Positions 10,383-23,044 are shown, numbered from the stretch's first letter. The stretch is DNA of 64,000 nt from Trueperaceae bacterium (GCA_034521815.1 JAXHLW010000013.1:1824001-1888000); one strand, 5' to 3'. A program made the numbers and translations. Notes: generated by a model from the letters alone, not told the origin.

Positions 10383-13145
10383 ATGGCACGTACTTGGGTC
10401 TATCTGTTCCGCAACGTCGACGAGGCCGAGAAGAAGGAGGGAAGCTGGGAAGCGACCCGTGCGCTTCTCGGCGGCAAGGGCGCCAACCTGGGCGACATGA
10501 CGCGCCTGGGCGTGCCCGTCCCTCCCGGCTTCACCGTCACCACCGAGGCGTGCAACGCCTACCTCGCGGCCGGCGAGACCTTCCCGGACGGCGTCTGGGA
10601 CCAGGAGATGGAGGCCCTCCGGGCGGTCGAGGAGGCCACCGGCAAGAGCTTCGGCGATCCCACCCGGCCCCTGCTGGTGTCGTGCCGCTCCGGCGCGAAG
10701 TTCAGCATGCCCGGCATGATGGACACGATCCTCAACATCGGCCTCAGCGACGAGGTGGCCGAAGGGCTGACCCGGCTGACCGCCGACCCCCGCTTCGTGT
10801 GGGACAGCTACCGCCGCCTGGTCCAGATGTTCGGCAGCGTGGTCCTGTCGGTGCCGGACGAGGTGTTCGAGGCCGTCATCACCGCCCGCCGCAAGAATGC
10901 GGGCGTCACGGTCGACAGCGAGCTGGCCGCCGACGACTGGCGCGAGGTCACCCGCAAGTTCAAGGAGATCGTCCGCACCTACACCGGCCGCGAGTTCCCC
11001 GAGGATCCCTACGAGCAGCTGCGCCTCGCGACCGAAGCGGTGTTCAAGTCGTGGAACGGCAAGCGCGCCCGCGACTACCGCAACGCCAGCGGCATCTCGC
11101 ACGACCTCGGCACCGCCGTGAACATCCAGACGATGGTGTTCGGCAACATGGGCGACGACTGCGCGACGGGCGTCGCGATGAGCCGCAACGCCACCACCGG
11201 CGAGCCCGTCCTGGAAGGCGACTACCTGCACAACGCCCAGGGCGAGGACGTCGTGGCCGGCACCCGCGCCACCCAGCCGATCAGCGACATGCAGACCGAG
11301 ATGCCGGAGGTGTACGAGCAGTTCCAGGAGATCGCCACCCGGCTCGAGAAGCACTACCGGAACATGCAGGACATGGAGTTCACCGTCGAGCACGGCAAGC
11401 TGTGGCTGCTCCAGACCCGTGACGGCAAGCGCACCGCGCAGGCCGAGGTCCGCATCGCGGTCGACATGACCGAGGAGGGCCTGATCGAGCGCGCCCAAGC
11501 GGTCCGCCGGGTCTCGCCCGAGCAGGTCGACGTGTTCCTCCACCCGCAGTTCACGCCCGCCTCGCGCGAGACGGCGATCCTGCTGGCCACCGGCCTGAAC
11601 GTCTCGCCCGGCGCCGCGGTCGGCCGCATCGCGTTCGACGCCGACACCGCCGAGCGCTGGGCCAAGAGCGGCCGGGCCGTGATCATGGTCCGTCCGGAGA
11701 CGAAACCGGACGACGTGCACGGCATGCTGGCCGCGAACGGCATCCTCACCAGCCGTGGCGGCCGCACCAGCCACGCGGCGCTGGTGGCCCGCCAGTTCGG
11801 CAAGCCCGCCGTCGTCGGCGTCGCCGATCTCGAGATCGACCTCGAAGGACGGACCATGACGGTCGGCGGCCACGAGCTCGAGGAAGGCGACGAGATCAGC
11901 ATCGACGGCACCATCGGCGAGGTGTACGAAGGCACGCTCGAGTCGGTCGTGCCCGACCTCGAGAACCCCTACCTGGCGAGCCTGCTGGGCTGGGCGGACG
12001 AGTACCGCACCCTGGGCGTGCGCGCCAACGCCGACTACCCCGAGGACGCCCGCAAGGCCCGCACCTACGGCGCGGAGGGCCTGGGCCTGGTCCGCACCGA
12101 GCACATGTTCTTCGAGGCCGACCGCATCGACGTGGTGCAGCGCATGATCCTGGCCCGCAGCGCCAGCGAGCGGATGGAGTCGCTGGACGTTCTCCTCCCC
12201 TACCAGCGCGCCGACTTCGCCGGGCTGTTCCGGGCGATGGACGGACTGCCCGTCATCATCCGCCTGATCGACCCGCCGCTGCACGAGTTCCTGCCCGACC
12301 ACACCACCCTGGTCCGCGAGCTGGCCGACCTGAAGATCCGCCTGCAGCACCAGACCAACCTCGCGGAGATCGACGCGCTGCTGCTCCTTCTCCGTGAAAA
12401 GCAGGACCAGCTGGTCCGCGTCGAGGAGCTCCACGAGTCGAACCCGATGCTGGGCACCCGCGGCGTGCGGCTGGGCATCCTGATGCCCGAGCTGACCCGC
12501 ATGCAGGTGCGCGCCATCTTCGAGGCCGCCTGCGAGGTCGCCCGCGAAGGAATCGCGGTCGATCCCGAGATCATGATCCCGCTCACCAGCCACGTCAACG
12601 AGCTGACCCTCCAGAGGACGTCGCTCGAGAACGAGGCCAAGGAGGTCATGGAGGAGCAGGGCCGCGACGTCCCCTACCGCTTCGGCACCATGATCGAGGT
12701 GCCGCGCGCCGCGCTGACCGCCGGCGAGCTGGCCGAGGTGTCCGACTTCTTCAGCTTCGGCACGAACGACCTGACCCAGACCACCTTCGGCATCAGCCGC
12801 GACGACGCCGAGAAGGGCTTCCTGATCCGCTACCTGGAGCAGGGCATCCTCGAGGACAACCCGTTCGCGACGATCGACGTCGCCGGCGTCGGCCGCCTGG
12901 TCGAGATGGCGACCGAAGCCGGGCGCGCCGTCCGGCCCGATCTCGAGGTCGGCATCTGCGGCGAGCACGGGGGCGATCCCGCCACCGTCGCGTTCTGCCA
13001 CCGCGCCGGCCTGAGCTACGTCAGCTGCAGCCCGTTCCGCGTGCCGATCGCCCGCCTGGCGGCCGCGCACGCCGCGCTCGACGACGAGCGCGCACCTTCT
13101 TCCCCCACGGTGACCACGCCGGATGGCGAGCCCGTCTCGGCGTAG
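10383..13145 (+). CDS. ppdK: Pyruvate, phosphate dikinase
   Basis: LLGGKGANL, SMPGMMDTILNIG, GGRTSHAA (phospho-His), SFGTNDLTQ, GICGEHGGDP. Confidence 0.97.
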   Translation: MARTWVYLFRNVDEAEKKEGSWEATRALLGGKGANLGDMTRLGVPVPPGFTVTTEACNAYLAAGETFPDGVWDQEMEALRAVEEATGKSFGDPTRPLLVSCRSGAKFSMPGMMDTILNIGLSDEVAEGLTRLTADPRFVWDSYRRLVQMFGSVVLSVPDEVFEAVITARRKNAGVTVDSELAADDWREVTRKFKEIVRTYTGREFPEDPYEQLRLATEAVFKSWNGKRARDYRNASGISHDLGTAVNIQTMVFGNMGDDCATGVAMSRNATTGEPVLEGDYLHNAQGEDVVAGTRATQPISDMQTEMPEVYEQFQEIATRLEKHYRNMQDMEFTVEHGKLWLLQTRDGKRTAQAEVRIAVDMTEEGLIERAQAVRRVSPEQVDVFLHPQFTPASRETAILLATGLNVSPGAAVGRIAFDADTAERWAKSGRAVIMVRPETKPDDVHGMLAANGILTSRGGRTSHAALVARQFGKPAVVGVADLEIDLEGRTMTVGGHELEEGDEISIDGTIGEVYEGTLESVVPDLENPYLASLLGWADEYRTLGVRANADYPEDARKARTYGAEGLGLVRTEHMFFEADRIDVVQRMILARSASERMESLDVLLPYQRADFAGLFRAMDGLPVIIRLIDPPLHEFLPDHTTLVRELADLKIRLQHQTNLAEIDALLLLLREKQDQLVRVEELHESNPMLGTRGVRLGILMPELTRMQVRAIFEAACEVAREGIAVDPEIMIPLTSHVNELTLQRTSLENEAKEVMEEQGRDVPYRFGTMIEVPRAALTAGELAEVSDFFSFGTNDLTQTTFGISRDDAEKGFLIRYLEQGILEDNPFATIDVAGVGRLVEMATEAGRAVRPDLEVGICGEHGGDPATVAFCHRAGLSYVSCSPFRVPIARLAAAHAALDDERAPSSPTVTTPDGEPVSA

Positions 13146-13160
13146 GTCAGACTCTCCTTC

Positions 13161-13192
13161 GAATCGGGCCCCACCACGGTGGGGCCCGATTC
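13161..13192. terminator. Strong hairpin between convergent ppdK and E2 genes
   Basis: GAATCGGGCCCCAC-CACG-GTGGGGCCCGATTC perfect inverted repeat; no long U tract. Confidence 0.65.
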
Positions 13193-13250
13193 GCGTGGAG
13201 CGCTCGGTGATCGCGTCAGGCGCGTCGCGGCCATGCGCTGCGGGGTTCGC

Positions 13251-14752
13251 TCACGCGTCCAGCAGCGCGTCCTCCAAGCCGGTCCCGCCGAGGAGCATGG
13301 CCTCGGGATTCTCGATCCCGGCGACGAGGTGGACCAGGAAGCGGGTCGCCTCGGCCCCGTCGATCAGGCGGTGGTCGAAGGTGAGCGACAGGTAGAGCAT
13401 CGGGCGCGCCACGATGCTGTCGTCCTCCAGCACGACCGGGCGCTTTCGGATGCGGTGCACGCCCAGGATGCCCGCCTCGGGGGCGTTGAGGACCGGCATG
13501 CTCAAGAGCGCGCCGACCGATCCGATGTTGGTGACGCTGAAGGTCCCGCCGGTGAGCTCCTCGGGCGCCAGGCGTCGGTCGCGGGCGGCCTGGGCGAGGC
13601 GCGCGGCCTCGGCCCCCAGGTCCAGCAGGGCGCGCCGCGACGCGTCGCGGATCACCGGCACGATCAGGCCCTGGTCGGTGTCCACCGCGACGCCCAGGTG
13701 GGCGTCCCGGTAGCGCACGATCTCGCCCGCCTCCTCGTCCCAGCGGGCGTTCATGGCCGGGAACGCCGCCAGCGAGCGCGTCAGCGCCTTCAGCACGAAC
13801 GGCAGGTAGGTGAGCTTCACGCCCCGCGCCGCGGCGCGGTCCTCGAGGCGAGCACGAAGCGCGACCAGCTTCGACACGTCGGCCTCCTCGACGGCCAAGG
13901 TGGGAACGGTGCTCAGGTGTCCCTCGAGCAGCTGGGTCGCGATCGTCCGCCGGACGCCGCGCAGCGGAACGCGCGTCGTCTCCGGTCCCGACGGCGGCGG
14001 CCCGAGCGGCGCTGCGACGTGGCTCCCGAGCGGCGTCGGGCGCCGCTGGACGAGCCCGCGGCCGAGGCGTCGGGCGCCGCACCTGAAAGGCGATGCCCCT
14101 CGACGTCCTCGACCCGGATCCTGCCTTGCGGGCCGGAGCCCAGCAGCTGATCGAGCTCGATCCCCAGCTCGCGTGCACGCTTCCGGGCCGCGGGGACCGC
14201 CAGGGGCCGACCCCAGGGGCCGCGCGGCCGATCGGGCGCGACGGGCGCCTCGCTCGGGCGGTCCGGCGTGCGGGCGGGTCGCGCGCAGGCTCGCGCGCCA
14301 GGCTCGCGAACCGGCTCGCGGACCGGCTTGCGAACCGTCGGCAGCGGCCCGTCGTGCGACGGACCACCGGCCTTGAACAGCGTCAGCGCGTCGCCGTCGT
14401 CGCGATCCTCGCCGCCGTCGCGATCGGTACGGAGCGCGATCGGCCCCGTCGTCCGCGCCATCGTCCGAGCCGCGTCGCTCCGCATGCGCTGGAGGCGCCG
14501 ACGTCCGCCCGCCGGCCCGGCGTCGAACCGTGCGATCGGCGTCCCGACCGGCACCGTGTCGCCCTCGGCGGCCAGGTGCTCCACCAGCACGCCGCCGAAC
14601 GGCGAGGGGATCTCGACCGTGACCTTGTCGGTCATCACCTCGAGCAGGGGCTGGTCCAGCTCGACGACGTCGCCCTCGTGGGCGAGCCACTTGACGATCT
14701 CGCCCTCGATCACCGATTCGGCGAGCTCCGGCATGGAGAACGTTCGGGACAT
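13251..14752 (-). CDS. bkdB: Dihydrolipoamide acyltransferase E2 (frameshift near 14090)
   Basis: Lipoyl domain (EVMTDKVTVEIPSP), E3-binding motif (PAARKRARELG...GSGPQGRI), catalytic FDHRLIDGA in the next frame. Confidence 0.88.
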
Positions 14753-14798
14753 GGTTCCTCCGTGGCGCACGACCGGCACGGCGCCGTCCGCGCGAAGC

Positions 14799-15776
14799 TC
14801 AGTAGTCGAGGACCTTCTGCACCGCGTTCAGGATGCGGCGGGGTCCGGGAAGGTAGCTGCGGTCCTGCGCGTACGGGTAGGGCGTGTCGGCGCCGGCCAC
14901 GCGCAGCGGCGGCGCGAGCAGGGCGTCGAGGATCTCCTCCGCGATCACCGCCGCCACCTCGCTCATGAACCCCAGCGTGCGAGGGGACTCGCTCACCAGG
15001 ACGCAGCGGCCGACGCGAGCGACGTGCTCCAGGACGGTCCGCGCGTCCCACGGCATCAGCGAGCGCAGATCGATCACGGTGCTCTCGATCCCCTGCTCCG
15101 CCAGGGCGTCCGCCGCGCGGGCGGTCTCGGCCATGCTGGCGCCGTAGCTGATCAGCACCACGTCGTCGCCACGCCGCCTGACCGCCGCCCGACCGAACGG
15201 CACCAGCCGATCGGGATCGTCGGGCACGTCCTCCTTCACGGCGCGGTAGAGCCGCTTGGGCTCCATGAACACGACGGGGTCCTCCCCGCGCACGGCGCTG
15301 CGGAGCATGCCGACGGTGTCGGCGGGGGTCGAGGGATAGACCACCTGCAGGCCGGCGGTGTGCACGAAGTGCGTCTCGGGGTTCTGGCTGTGGTGATGCC
15401 CGCCCTTCACCCCGCCGCCGGCCGGCATGCGCACCACCATCGGCGCGGTGAACTGGCCCGCCGAGCGATAGCGCGTCTTGGCGACCTGCGAGACCAGCTG
15501 ATCGAAGCCGTGGAACACGTAGTCCGCGAACTGGATCTCCGCGACGGGGCGGAGGCCGTGCACGCTCATGCCCAGCGCGGCCCCGATGATGGCGGCCTCG
15601 GACAGCGGCGTGTCGATCACGCGGTCGGGACCGAAGCGGTCGAACAGGCCTTGCGTGGCCAGGAACACCCCGCCGCGCTTGCCGACGTCCTCGCCGAGCA
15701 CGACCACCGAGTCGTCGCGCTCCATCTCCGAGCTCAGCGTGCGGGTGACCGCCTGAACGATGTTCATCACCGGCAC
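14799..15776 (-). CDS. bkdA2: Branched-chain 2-oxoacid dehydrogenase E1 beta
   Basis: [34 protein letters not shown]. Confidence 0.9.
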   Translation of the reverse strand: MPVMNIVQAVTRTLSSEMERDDSVVVLGEDVGKRGGVFLATQGLFDRFGPDRVIDTPLSEAAIIGAALGMSVHGLRPVAEIQFADYVFHGFDQLVSQVAKTRYRSAGQFTAPMVVRMPAGGGVKGGHHHSQNPETHFVHTAGLQVVYPSTPADTVGMLRSAVRGEDPVVFMEPKRLYRAVKEDVPDDPDRLVPFGRAAVRRRGDDVVLISYGASMAETARAADALAEQGIESTVIDLRSLMPWDARTVLEHVARVGRCVLVSESPRTLGFMSEVAAVIAEEILDALLAPPLRVAGADTPYPYAQDRSYLPGPRRILNAVQKVLDY

Positions 15777-15832
15777 GACGGCACCTGCACGGTTTCGCGA
15801 CGCTGCGCCCGCGCGGTCGGCTCGCCGGCCAC

Positions 15833-17101
<1,269 letters not shown>

Positions 17102-17235
17102 TCACGGGCCGGCCGGGCGCCTCTGCGACGCGCGGCGCTCGGCTTCCGCCTCGGCCACGCCTGGATCCACGCCTCGACCCACGCCTCGACCACGGCCCAG
17201 GGCCGCATCTCGACCGAACGCTCGAAGGGAGCGAC

Positions 17236-17682
17236 ATGACGCGACGACGCCTGGCCCAGCTCTTCGTCCTGATCGGAGCGCTCCTGATCCTGGATCGGGT
17301 CGCGACGAGCGACGGGTGGCTCTGGACCGGGCTGGCCTCGGCCGGCTTCCTGGTGGCGTACGCGCGTCAGCGGGTGCGAGGGCTGTTGGTGCTCGGGTGC
17401 GTGCTGGCGGGGATCTCCCTCGGCTTGCTTCTGGGGGGCACCGGCATCCCCGGCGCGTTCTGGGTGGCGCTGGGCATCTCGGTGATGGCGATCGACCGGG
17501 TCGAGCCCGAGCCCGACAAGCGGACGCTGCGGATCGGGGCGGGCCTCACCGCGTTCGGCGTCCTGTTCGGCGTCGCCTCGTCGGGCTGGCTGGACGACGC
17601 GCGCTTCGCGATCGTCCTGATCCTGGTCGGGATCCTGTTGCTCGGGCAGCGACGCGATGCGTCCGCCCCTAGGGAGAGCTGA
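17236..17682 (+). CDS. Hypothetical multi-pass membrane protein
   Basis: GGGAG RBS then ATG; about six short hydrophobic segments; TGATG coupling to the next gene. Confidence 0.75.
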   Translation: MTRRRLAQLFVLIGALLILDRVATSDGWLWTGLASAGFLVAYARQRVRGLLVLGCVLAGISLGLLLGGTGIPGAFWVALGISVMAIDRVEPEPDKRTLRIGAGLTAFGVLFGVASSGWLDDARFAIVLILVGILLLGQRRDASAPRES

Positions 17683-19001
17683 TGGGCAACGAGACGATCT
17701 GGACGCTGCTGATCGCCGCGCTGCTGGGCATGCTGATCGGACTGGAGCGCGAGCGCAAGCGCGAGCGCGTCCAGACCCTGTTCGCCGGGGTTCGCACCTT
17801 CACCCTCATCTCCTTGCTGGGCGCCCTGTCGGGCGTGCTGCTGGAGCCGATCGGCACCGCGCCGCTGCTGGGCTCGCTGGTCGCCTTGACGGTGCTGGTG
17901 TCGCTGGGCTACTGGCGCGAGTCGTCGGGCCAGAAGGTCGGCGCCACCACGCAGATCGCCGCCCTGGTGGCGTTCGCGTTGGGCGTCTTGGCCGGCATCG
18001 GCGACCAGGTGCCGGCGCTGGCCGGCGCGGTGATCGTGACCGGCATCCTGTCCCTGCGTGAAGAGCTGCACGGGCTGGCCGGCGAGCTCACCCGAGAGGA
18101 CCTCCTGGCCGTCGTCCGGTTCGCGGTGGTGTCGCTGGTCGTGCTCCCGCTGGTCCCCAACGAGGCGATGGGGCCGTGGGAGGTCTGGAATCCCCGGACG
18201 ATCTGGCTTCTGGTGGTGCTGATCTCGGGCGTGTCGTTCGTCGGGTACGTGGCCATCAAGGTGATCGGCCCCAAGCGCGGCATCGGCCTGTCCGGCCTGT
18301 TGGGCGGACTGGCGTCGTCGACGGCGGCGACGCTGTCGTTCGCCGAGCGGGGCCGAGACACCCCCGAGCTCAGCCCGACGCTGGCGCTGGGCACGATGGC
18401 CGCCACCGCCGTCGCCGCTCCCAGGCTGCTGATCCTGCTGGGCGTCGTCGAGCCCAGCCTGATCGTGTACGCCGCGGTGCCCATGGCGGCCCTGTTCGGC
18501 GTCAGCAGCCTGGCGGGACTCGCGCTGTCGCGCCGGCAGGACGACGTGGACAGCTCGGTCAAGCTCGAGAACCCGTTCGCGCTGAGGCCGGCGCTGCAGT
18601 TCGGCCTGCTGTTCGCCGCGATCTTGCTGGTCGTCAGGACCGCGCAGGAGACGCTGGGCGATCAGGGCGTCCTGCTGGCCAGCGCGCTGGCCGGCGTGAC
18701 GCAGCTGGACGCGATCACGCTGTCGCTGGCCGAACAGATCCGGACCGGTCTCGATCCGGTGCTGGCCGGTCGCAGCCTGGGCTTCGCGGTCGCGGCGAAC
18801 AGCGCGTTCAAGGGGATCGTGGGCTGGGCGATCGGAGGCGTCCGCTTCGGTCGCCTGGTCCTGCCCTGGCTGCTGATCGCCGGCGCAGCGGCGGCCGCAG
18901 CCGCGTGGTGGCTGGTTCCGCTGCTGCCCGCCATCCTGCCGGACGCGCTGCCGGGCACGCTGCCGGACGCGCTGCAGGGCGCGCTGCAGGGCGGCGGATG
19001 A
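17682..19001 (+). CDS. MgtC/SapB-family membrane protein with DUF4010-like C-terminus
   Basis: LGMLIGLERE, AGVRTF, GGLASSTA, ENPF..AL.FG motifs. Confidence 0.85.
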   Translation: MGNETIWTLLIAALLGMLIGLERERKRERVQTLFAGVRTFTLISLLGALSGVLLEPIGTAPLLGSLVALTVLVSLGYWRESSGQKVGATTQIAALVAFALGVLAGIGDQVPALAGAVIVTGILSLREELHGLAGELTREDLLAVVRFAVVSLVVLPLVPNEAMGPWEVWNPRTIWLLVVLISGVSFVGYVAIKVIGPKRGIGLSGLLGGLASSTAATLSFAERGRDTPELSPTLALGTMAATAVAAPRLLILLGVVEPSLIVYAAVPMAALFGVSSLAGLALSRRQDDVDSSVKLENPFALRPALQFGLLFAAILLVVRTAQETLGDQGVLLASALAGVTQLDAITLSLAEQIRTGLDPVLAGRSLGFAVAANSAFKGIVGWAIGGVRFGRLVLPWLLIAGAAAAAAAWWLVPLLPAILPDALPGTLPDALQGALQGGG

Positions 19002-19227
19002 GCGTCGCCTGCGGACGACGCCTGGAGGCGACGCCGAGAGACAGCGTCCAGAGGCGACGACCGCGCACGGTACACGGTGCGCGACGCGTGACGAACGTCC
19101 GGTAGACTGAGCGTCCAACACGAGGGCGTCGGCCCGTTTCCCCCGCGACCGATCTCGCCCGGGACCGACGACCCACGCTCTGGCGCGGTGTTCGCGGCCG
19201 CGTCCGCTTTGGAATCTGGAGGAAGCG

Positions 19228-20370
19228 ATGGAGACCATCTACCGCGGTCTGAACGGCGTGAACGTCGACACCAGCGAGATCTGCTCGATCGACGGCGAGC
19301 GTGGCGAGCTGATCTACCGCGGCTACGACATCCGCGAGCTCGCCGACCACGCCTCGTTCGAGGAGGTCGTGCACCTCCTATGGTTCGGCGATCTGCCGAA
19401 CGCGGAACAGCTGCAGGCGCTGCGTGACGGGGTGCGCCCCTCGTTCCACCTGCCCGCAGGCGTGCTCGAGCTGCTCGCCGCCCTGCCGAAAGGCACGCAT
19501 CCCATGCACGCCCTGCGGACGGCGGTCAGCGCCCTCGCCGCGTACGACGACGCGCCCGACATCGTCGACGAGAAGAACATCCGCCGCATCGGCTTCTCGC
19601 TGCTGGGGCAGGTTCCCGCGATCGTGGCCGCGTTCCAGCGCCTGCAGGCGGGCGACGAGCCCGTCGCCCCGGATCCGAACCTCTCCATCGCCGAGAACTT
19701 CCTGCGGATGGTGAACGACGAGGAGCCCACCGACGCCGCGGCCCGCGTGATGGACGTCGCGCTGGTGCTGCACGCCGAGCACGGCTCGAACGCCAGCACC
19801 TTCGTGGCCCGCTCGACCGCCTCGTCGCTCACCGACGTGTACAGCGCGATCACCGCCGCGATCGGCTCGCTCAAGGGGCCGCTGCACGGCGGCGCCAACG
19901 CCGGTGTGATGAAGGCGCTCGAGGAGATCGGCAGCGTAGGCGGCGTAGAGCAGTACGTCCTCGATACCCTCGCCTCCGAGAAGGGCCGGGTCATGGGCTT
20001 CGGCCACCGGGTCTACAAGGTGAAGGACCCCCGGGCGATCATCCTCGAGAACGTCAGCAAGAAGCTGGCCGAGGAGTCCGGCGAGTCGAAGTGGTTCGAC
20101 ATGAGCCTCGAGATGACCCGCGTCATGAAGCGCGAGATGGACGCTCAGGACAAGCAGATCGCCCCCAACGTCGACTTCTTCAGCGCCTCGGTGTACCGGA
20201 TGCTGGGGTTCGAGAAGGAGACGTACACGCCGATCTTCGCCGTGTCCCGCATCGCGGGCTGGATGGCGCACCTGTTCGAGCAGTACGCCGACAACCGGCT
20301 GATGCGGCCGCGGCTGGTGTACGAAGGCGAGCGCGGCAAGTCGTTCGTGCCGATCGATCAGCGCGGCTGA
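19228..20370 (+). CDS. gltA: Citrate synthase
   Basis: LHAEHGSNAST, GPLHGGAN, MGFGHRVY, PNVDFFSA. Confidence 0.95.
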   Translation: METIYRGLNGVNVDTSEICSIDGERGELIYRGYDIRELADHASFEEVVHLLWFGDLPNAEQLQALRDGVRPSFHLPAGVLELLAALPKGTHPMHALRTAVSALAAYDDAPDIVDEKNIRRIGFSLLGQVPAIVAAFQRLQAGDEPVAPDPNLSIAENFLRMVNDEEPTDAAARVMDVALVLHAEHGSNASTFVARSTASSLTDVYSAITAAIGSLKGPLHGGANAGVMKALEEIGSVGGVEQYVLDTLASEKGRVMGFGHRVYKVKDPRAIILENVSKKLAEESGESKWFDMSLEMTRVMKREMDAQDKQIAPNVDFFSASVYRMLGFEKETYTPIFAVSRIAGWMAHLFEQYADNRLMRPRLVYEGERGKSFVPIDQRG

Positions 20371-21524
20371 GTCTGGCCTTCGGGCAGCGACGCGAGGAAC
20401 GTCCGGACCTCGGCCTCGTACCGGCCTGGGCCGACGTTCCAGCCCTCGACGTGCTCGGCGCCGTCCAGCCGAAGGTACGTCGGCTGACGCGGCAGGGCCT
20501 CGGCGAACGCGTCCACGAGCTCGATCGGCACGGTGCCGTCGCCGGCGCCCGCGATGAGCAGGACCGGCAGGTCCAACGCCGGCGCTCTCTGGCGCAGGTC
20601 CAGTGCCGCGAAGTCGACCCCCGACCGCCAGCCCGCGATCCGTGTCGCCCACGCGGCCAGCACGCCGGGAGCCGGCAGCCCCATGTCGCGGGCGCCGACG
20701 GTGAACACGCTCAGCGGATCGATCAGCGGACTGTCCAGCACCAGCCCGATCGGGCGTGGTGGGGTGTCCGGCCACCGTTCCAGCGCGCCGACGGCGACGC
20801 TGCCGCCCATCGAGAAGCCGACCAGGACCACGCGCCGGGCGCCGCGTTCCGCCAGCCAGCGGAGCGCGGCGACGGCGTCGTCCGCCTCGCTCTCGCCGTA
20901 GTGGTAGAAGCCGTCGGGACTCGGGGGCGAGGCGTCGTGGTTCCGGTAGCTCGCGACCAGCACCGAGGCGCCGGTCCCCGTCAGGGTCGGAAGGATCCTT
21001 AGCGCCTCCGTCCGGTCCGCCCGGCGGCGGCCGTGCAGCACCAGCACGGCGTCGTCCGTCCGGCCGGGCAGCCACCAGGCCGGCAGCTCGCCCAGCGGTC
21101 CCGGAATGGCGACCTCCTCGAAGACCAGACCGCGATCCGCCGGGCTCGCGAACAGCGTCACGTCGACGCGCGCCGGATCGCCCGTGCGCGGCGGGCGGCC
21201 GCGCGTCGGACGGACGGTCCGCACGACCGTGTCGGCGTTCCGCTCCTCGACCGGGCCCAACAGGCCGGCGCCGCCCTGCCAGAGAAGTCCGAAGCGACCG
21301 CGGACGTCGCTGCGGGCCATCTGAGCCGGCGCCTCGCCGGGAAGCGGCATCGTGACCCGGTACGCGCCGTCACCGGTCGCGCTCACGTTCGCGAGCTCGA
21401 ACTCGGGCATCAGCGAGTACGGCGCCGGCGTCAGGATCGTGCCCGAGAAGATCCAGCCGATCGCGACCGCGCCGGCCACGACCAGGACCAGCGCCCCTCC
21501 CAGCAGCCATCTCAGAATGCGCAC
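20358..21524 (-). CDS. Membrane-anchored alpha/beta hydrolase
   Basis: N-terminal TM segment; LHG oxyanion loop, GFSMGG nucleophile elbow, DGTVP, AEH. Confidence 0.85.
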   Translation of the reverse strand: MRILRWLLGGALVLVVAGAVAIGWIFSGTILTPAPYSLMPEFELANVSATGDGAYRVTMPLPGEAPAQMARSDVRGRFGLLWQGGAGLLGPVEERNADTVVRTVRPTRGRPPRTGDPARVDVTLFASPADRGLVFEEVAIPGPLGELPAWWLPGRTDDAVLVLHGRRRADRTEALRILPTLTGTGASVLVASYRNHDASPPSPDGFYHYGESEADDAVAALRWLAERGARRVVLVGFSMGGSVAVGALERWPDTPPRPIGLVLDSPLIDPLSVFTVGARDMGLPAPGVLAAWATRIAGWRSGVDFAALDLRQRAPALDLPVLLIAGAGDGTVPIELVDAFAEALPRQPTYLRLDGAEHVEGWNVGPGRYEAEVRTFLASLPEGQTQPR

Positions 21525-21594
21525 GCGTCGATGCTACGACGCCGATCGGGCCTGCGCGTCGTGACCGCCGTTCGCGGAGCGCGGCGCGCCGGCG

Positions 21595-22812
21595 TCAGTG
21601 CCAGGCGACCTCGCCGTAGGTGTCCACCCTGTCGGGGCTGGTCGAGAACATGGCGACCGGCACGCCGACGTACGCCTCGATCCGCGCCAGGTAGTCCGTC
21701 ACCTCGCGTGGCAGGGCGTCTCGGCTTCCCAGACCACGCAGATCGCCCCAGCCTGGGTGCTCCTCGTAGAGCGGCGCGCCGTCGTCGCCGTACCCGACGC
21801 CGACCTTGAGCGTCTCCATGCCGGAAAGCACGTCGAGCTTCGTCACCACCAGCGAGTCGAAGCCGTTGATCTCGCAAGCGTAGCGAAGCTGCGCCAGGTC
21901 CAGCCAGCCGACCCGGCGGGGGCGCCCGGTGGTGGTGCCGTACTCGTCCCACTGGTTCGCGCCGGTGCCGCGCAGCCGCAACCCGGTCTCCTCGTCCACG
22001 ATCTCGGTCGCGAACGGACCGTGGCCGACGCGGGTGGTGAACGCCTTGACGACGCCGACGACGGTCCCGAGCGCCTTGTGCGACACGCCGGCGCCCACCA
22101 CGATGCCGCCGACCGTGGGGTGGCTGCTGGTGACGTACGGGTAGGTGCCGTACCCCAGGTCCAGCATCGTGCCCTGCCCGCCTTCGAACATGACGCGCTC
22201 GCCGCGCGCCAACGCCGCGCGCACCTCCGCGCCGGTATCGGCGACGTACGGGGCCAGCCGCTCGCGCGCGCCGGCCAAGGCGTCCATGGCCGCCTCGACC
22301 GAGGTCCAGCCGACACGCGCCGTCGAGTTGGGCTTGCCCAGCAGCAGTCGCTCGAGTCGCTCGCGCAGCACGCCGTCGTCCAGCAGATCGCCGGCCCGCA
22401 CGCCCAGCCGGCGCGCCTTGTCGCTGTAGGCCGGTCCGATCCCCCGCCCGGTGGTGCCGACGAACCCGCCCCCCTCGTCGTTCTTGCGGTGGTGGGGGAG
22501 CACCAGGTGCGCTTCGCGCGCGATCCGGATCGTGCCCGGGTCGCGCCGCGCGGCCAGGCCGTCGAGCTCCTCGAGGAACGTCCACGGATCGATCACCATG
22601 CCGGCCCCCAGCACGGAGACGGGCCGGTCGTGCAGCACGCCGCACGGCAGGTGGTGAAGCTTGAACGTCTCGCCGCCCGCCACGACCGTGTGACCCGCGT
22701 TGGCGCCGCCCGAGAAGCGGACGACCACGTCCGCGTCGTGCGCGAGGGCGTCCACGACCTTCCCCTTGCCCTCGTCCCCCCACTGGGCTCCGATCACGGC
22801 GATTCCCGGCAT
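21595..22812 (-). CDS. purA: Adenylosuccinate synthetase
   Basis: QWGDEGKGK, GGANAGHT, GIGPAYSDK, GTTTGRPRRVGWLD, TKLDVL. Confidence 0.97.
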   Translation of the reverse strand: MPGIAVIGAQWGDEGKGKVVDALAHDADVVVRFSGGANAGHTVVAGGETFKLHHLPCGVLHDRPVSVLGAGMVIDPWTFLEELDGLAARRDPGTIRIAREAHLVLPHHRKNDEGGGFVGTTGRGIGPAYSDKARRLGVRAGDLLDDGVLRERLERLLLGKPNSTARVGWTSVEAAMDALAGARERLAPYVADTGAEVRAALARGERVMFEGGQGTMLDLGYGTYPYVTSSHPTVGGIVVGAGVSHKALGTVVGVVKAFTTRVGHGPFATEIVDEETGLRLRGTGANQWDEYGTTTGRPRRVGWLDLAQLRYACEINGFDSLVVTKLDVLSGMETLKVGVGYGDDGAPLYEEHPGWGDLRGLGSRDALPREVTDYLARIEAYVGVPVAMFSTSPDRVDTYGEVAWH

Positions 22813-23044
22813 GACGTCACGACCTCTCGAGCGGGCTCGCGGCACCGGACGGTCCGGTCCGCGGCGGTGGGCAGTATGACACGGGTCGCCGGGCCGGGCC
22901 GCAGCCGTTCCCGTCGGGCGATCCGTTCGCTCATGCAAGCCAGCTGCATCGGTCGAGGTTCCGGTCGCTCGGGGCCAGCTGTCGTGCTCGGCGCAGTTGG
23001 ACGGGTACCGCGTGCAGGCGCCATCGATGGGGTCGCGCCGAAGC

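Noticed and set aside
10230-13070. Long antisense or shadow ORFs (also 38564-41725, 51623-54802 and many Arg/Ala/Gly/Pro-rich ORFs)
   Set aside because: Mirror frames of real high-GC genes with no motifs of their own
22813-23040. Purine-related riboswitch upstream of purA
   Set aside because: No recognisable aptamer; a -10-like CATACT lies only about 60 nt from the start
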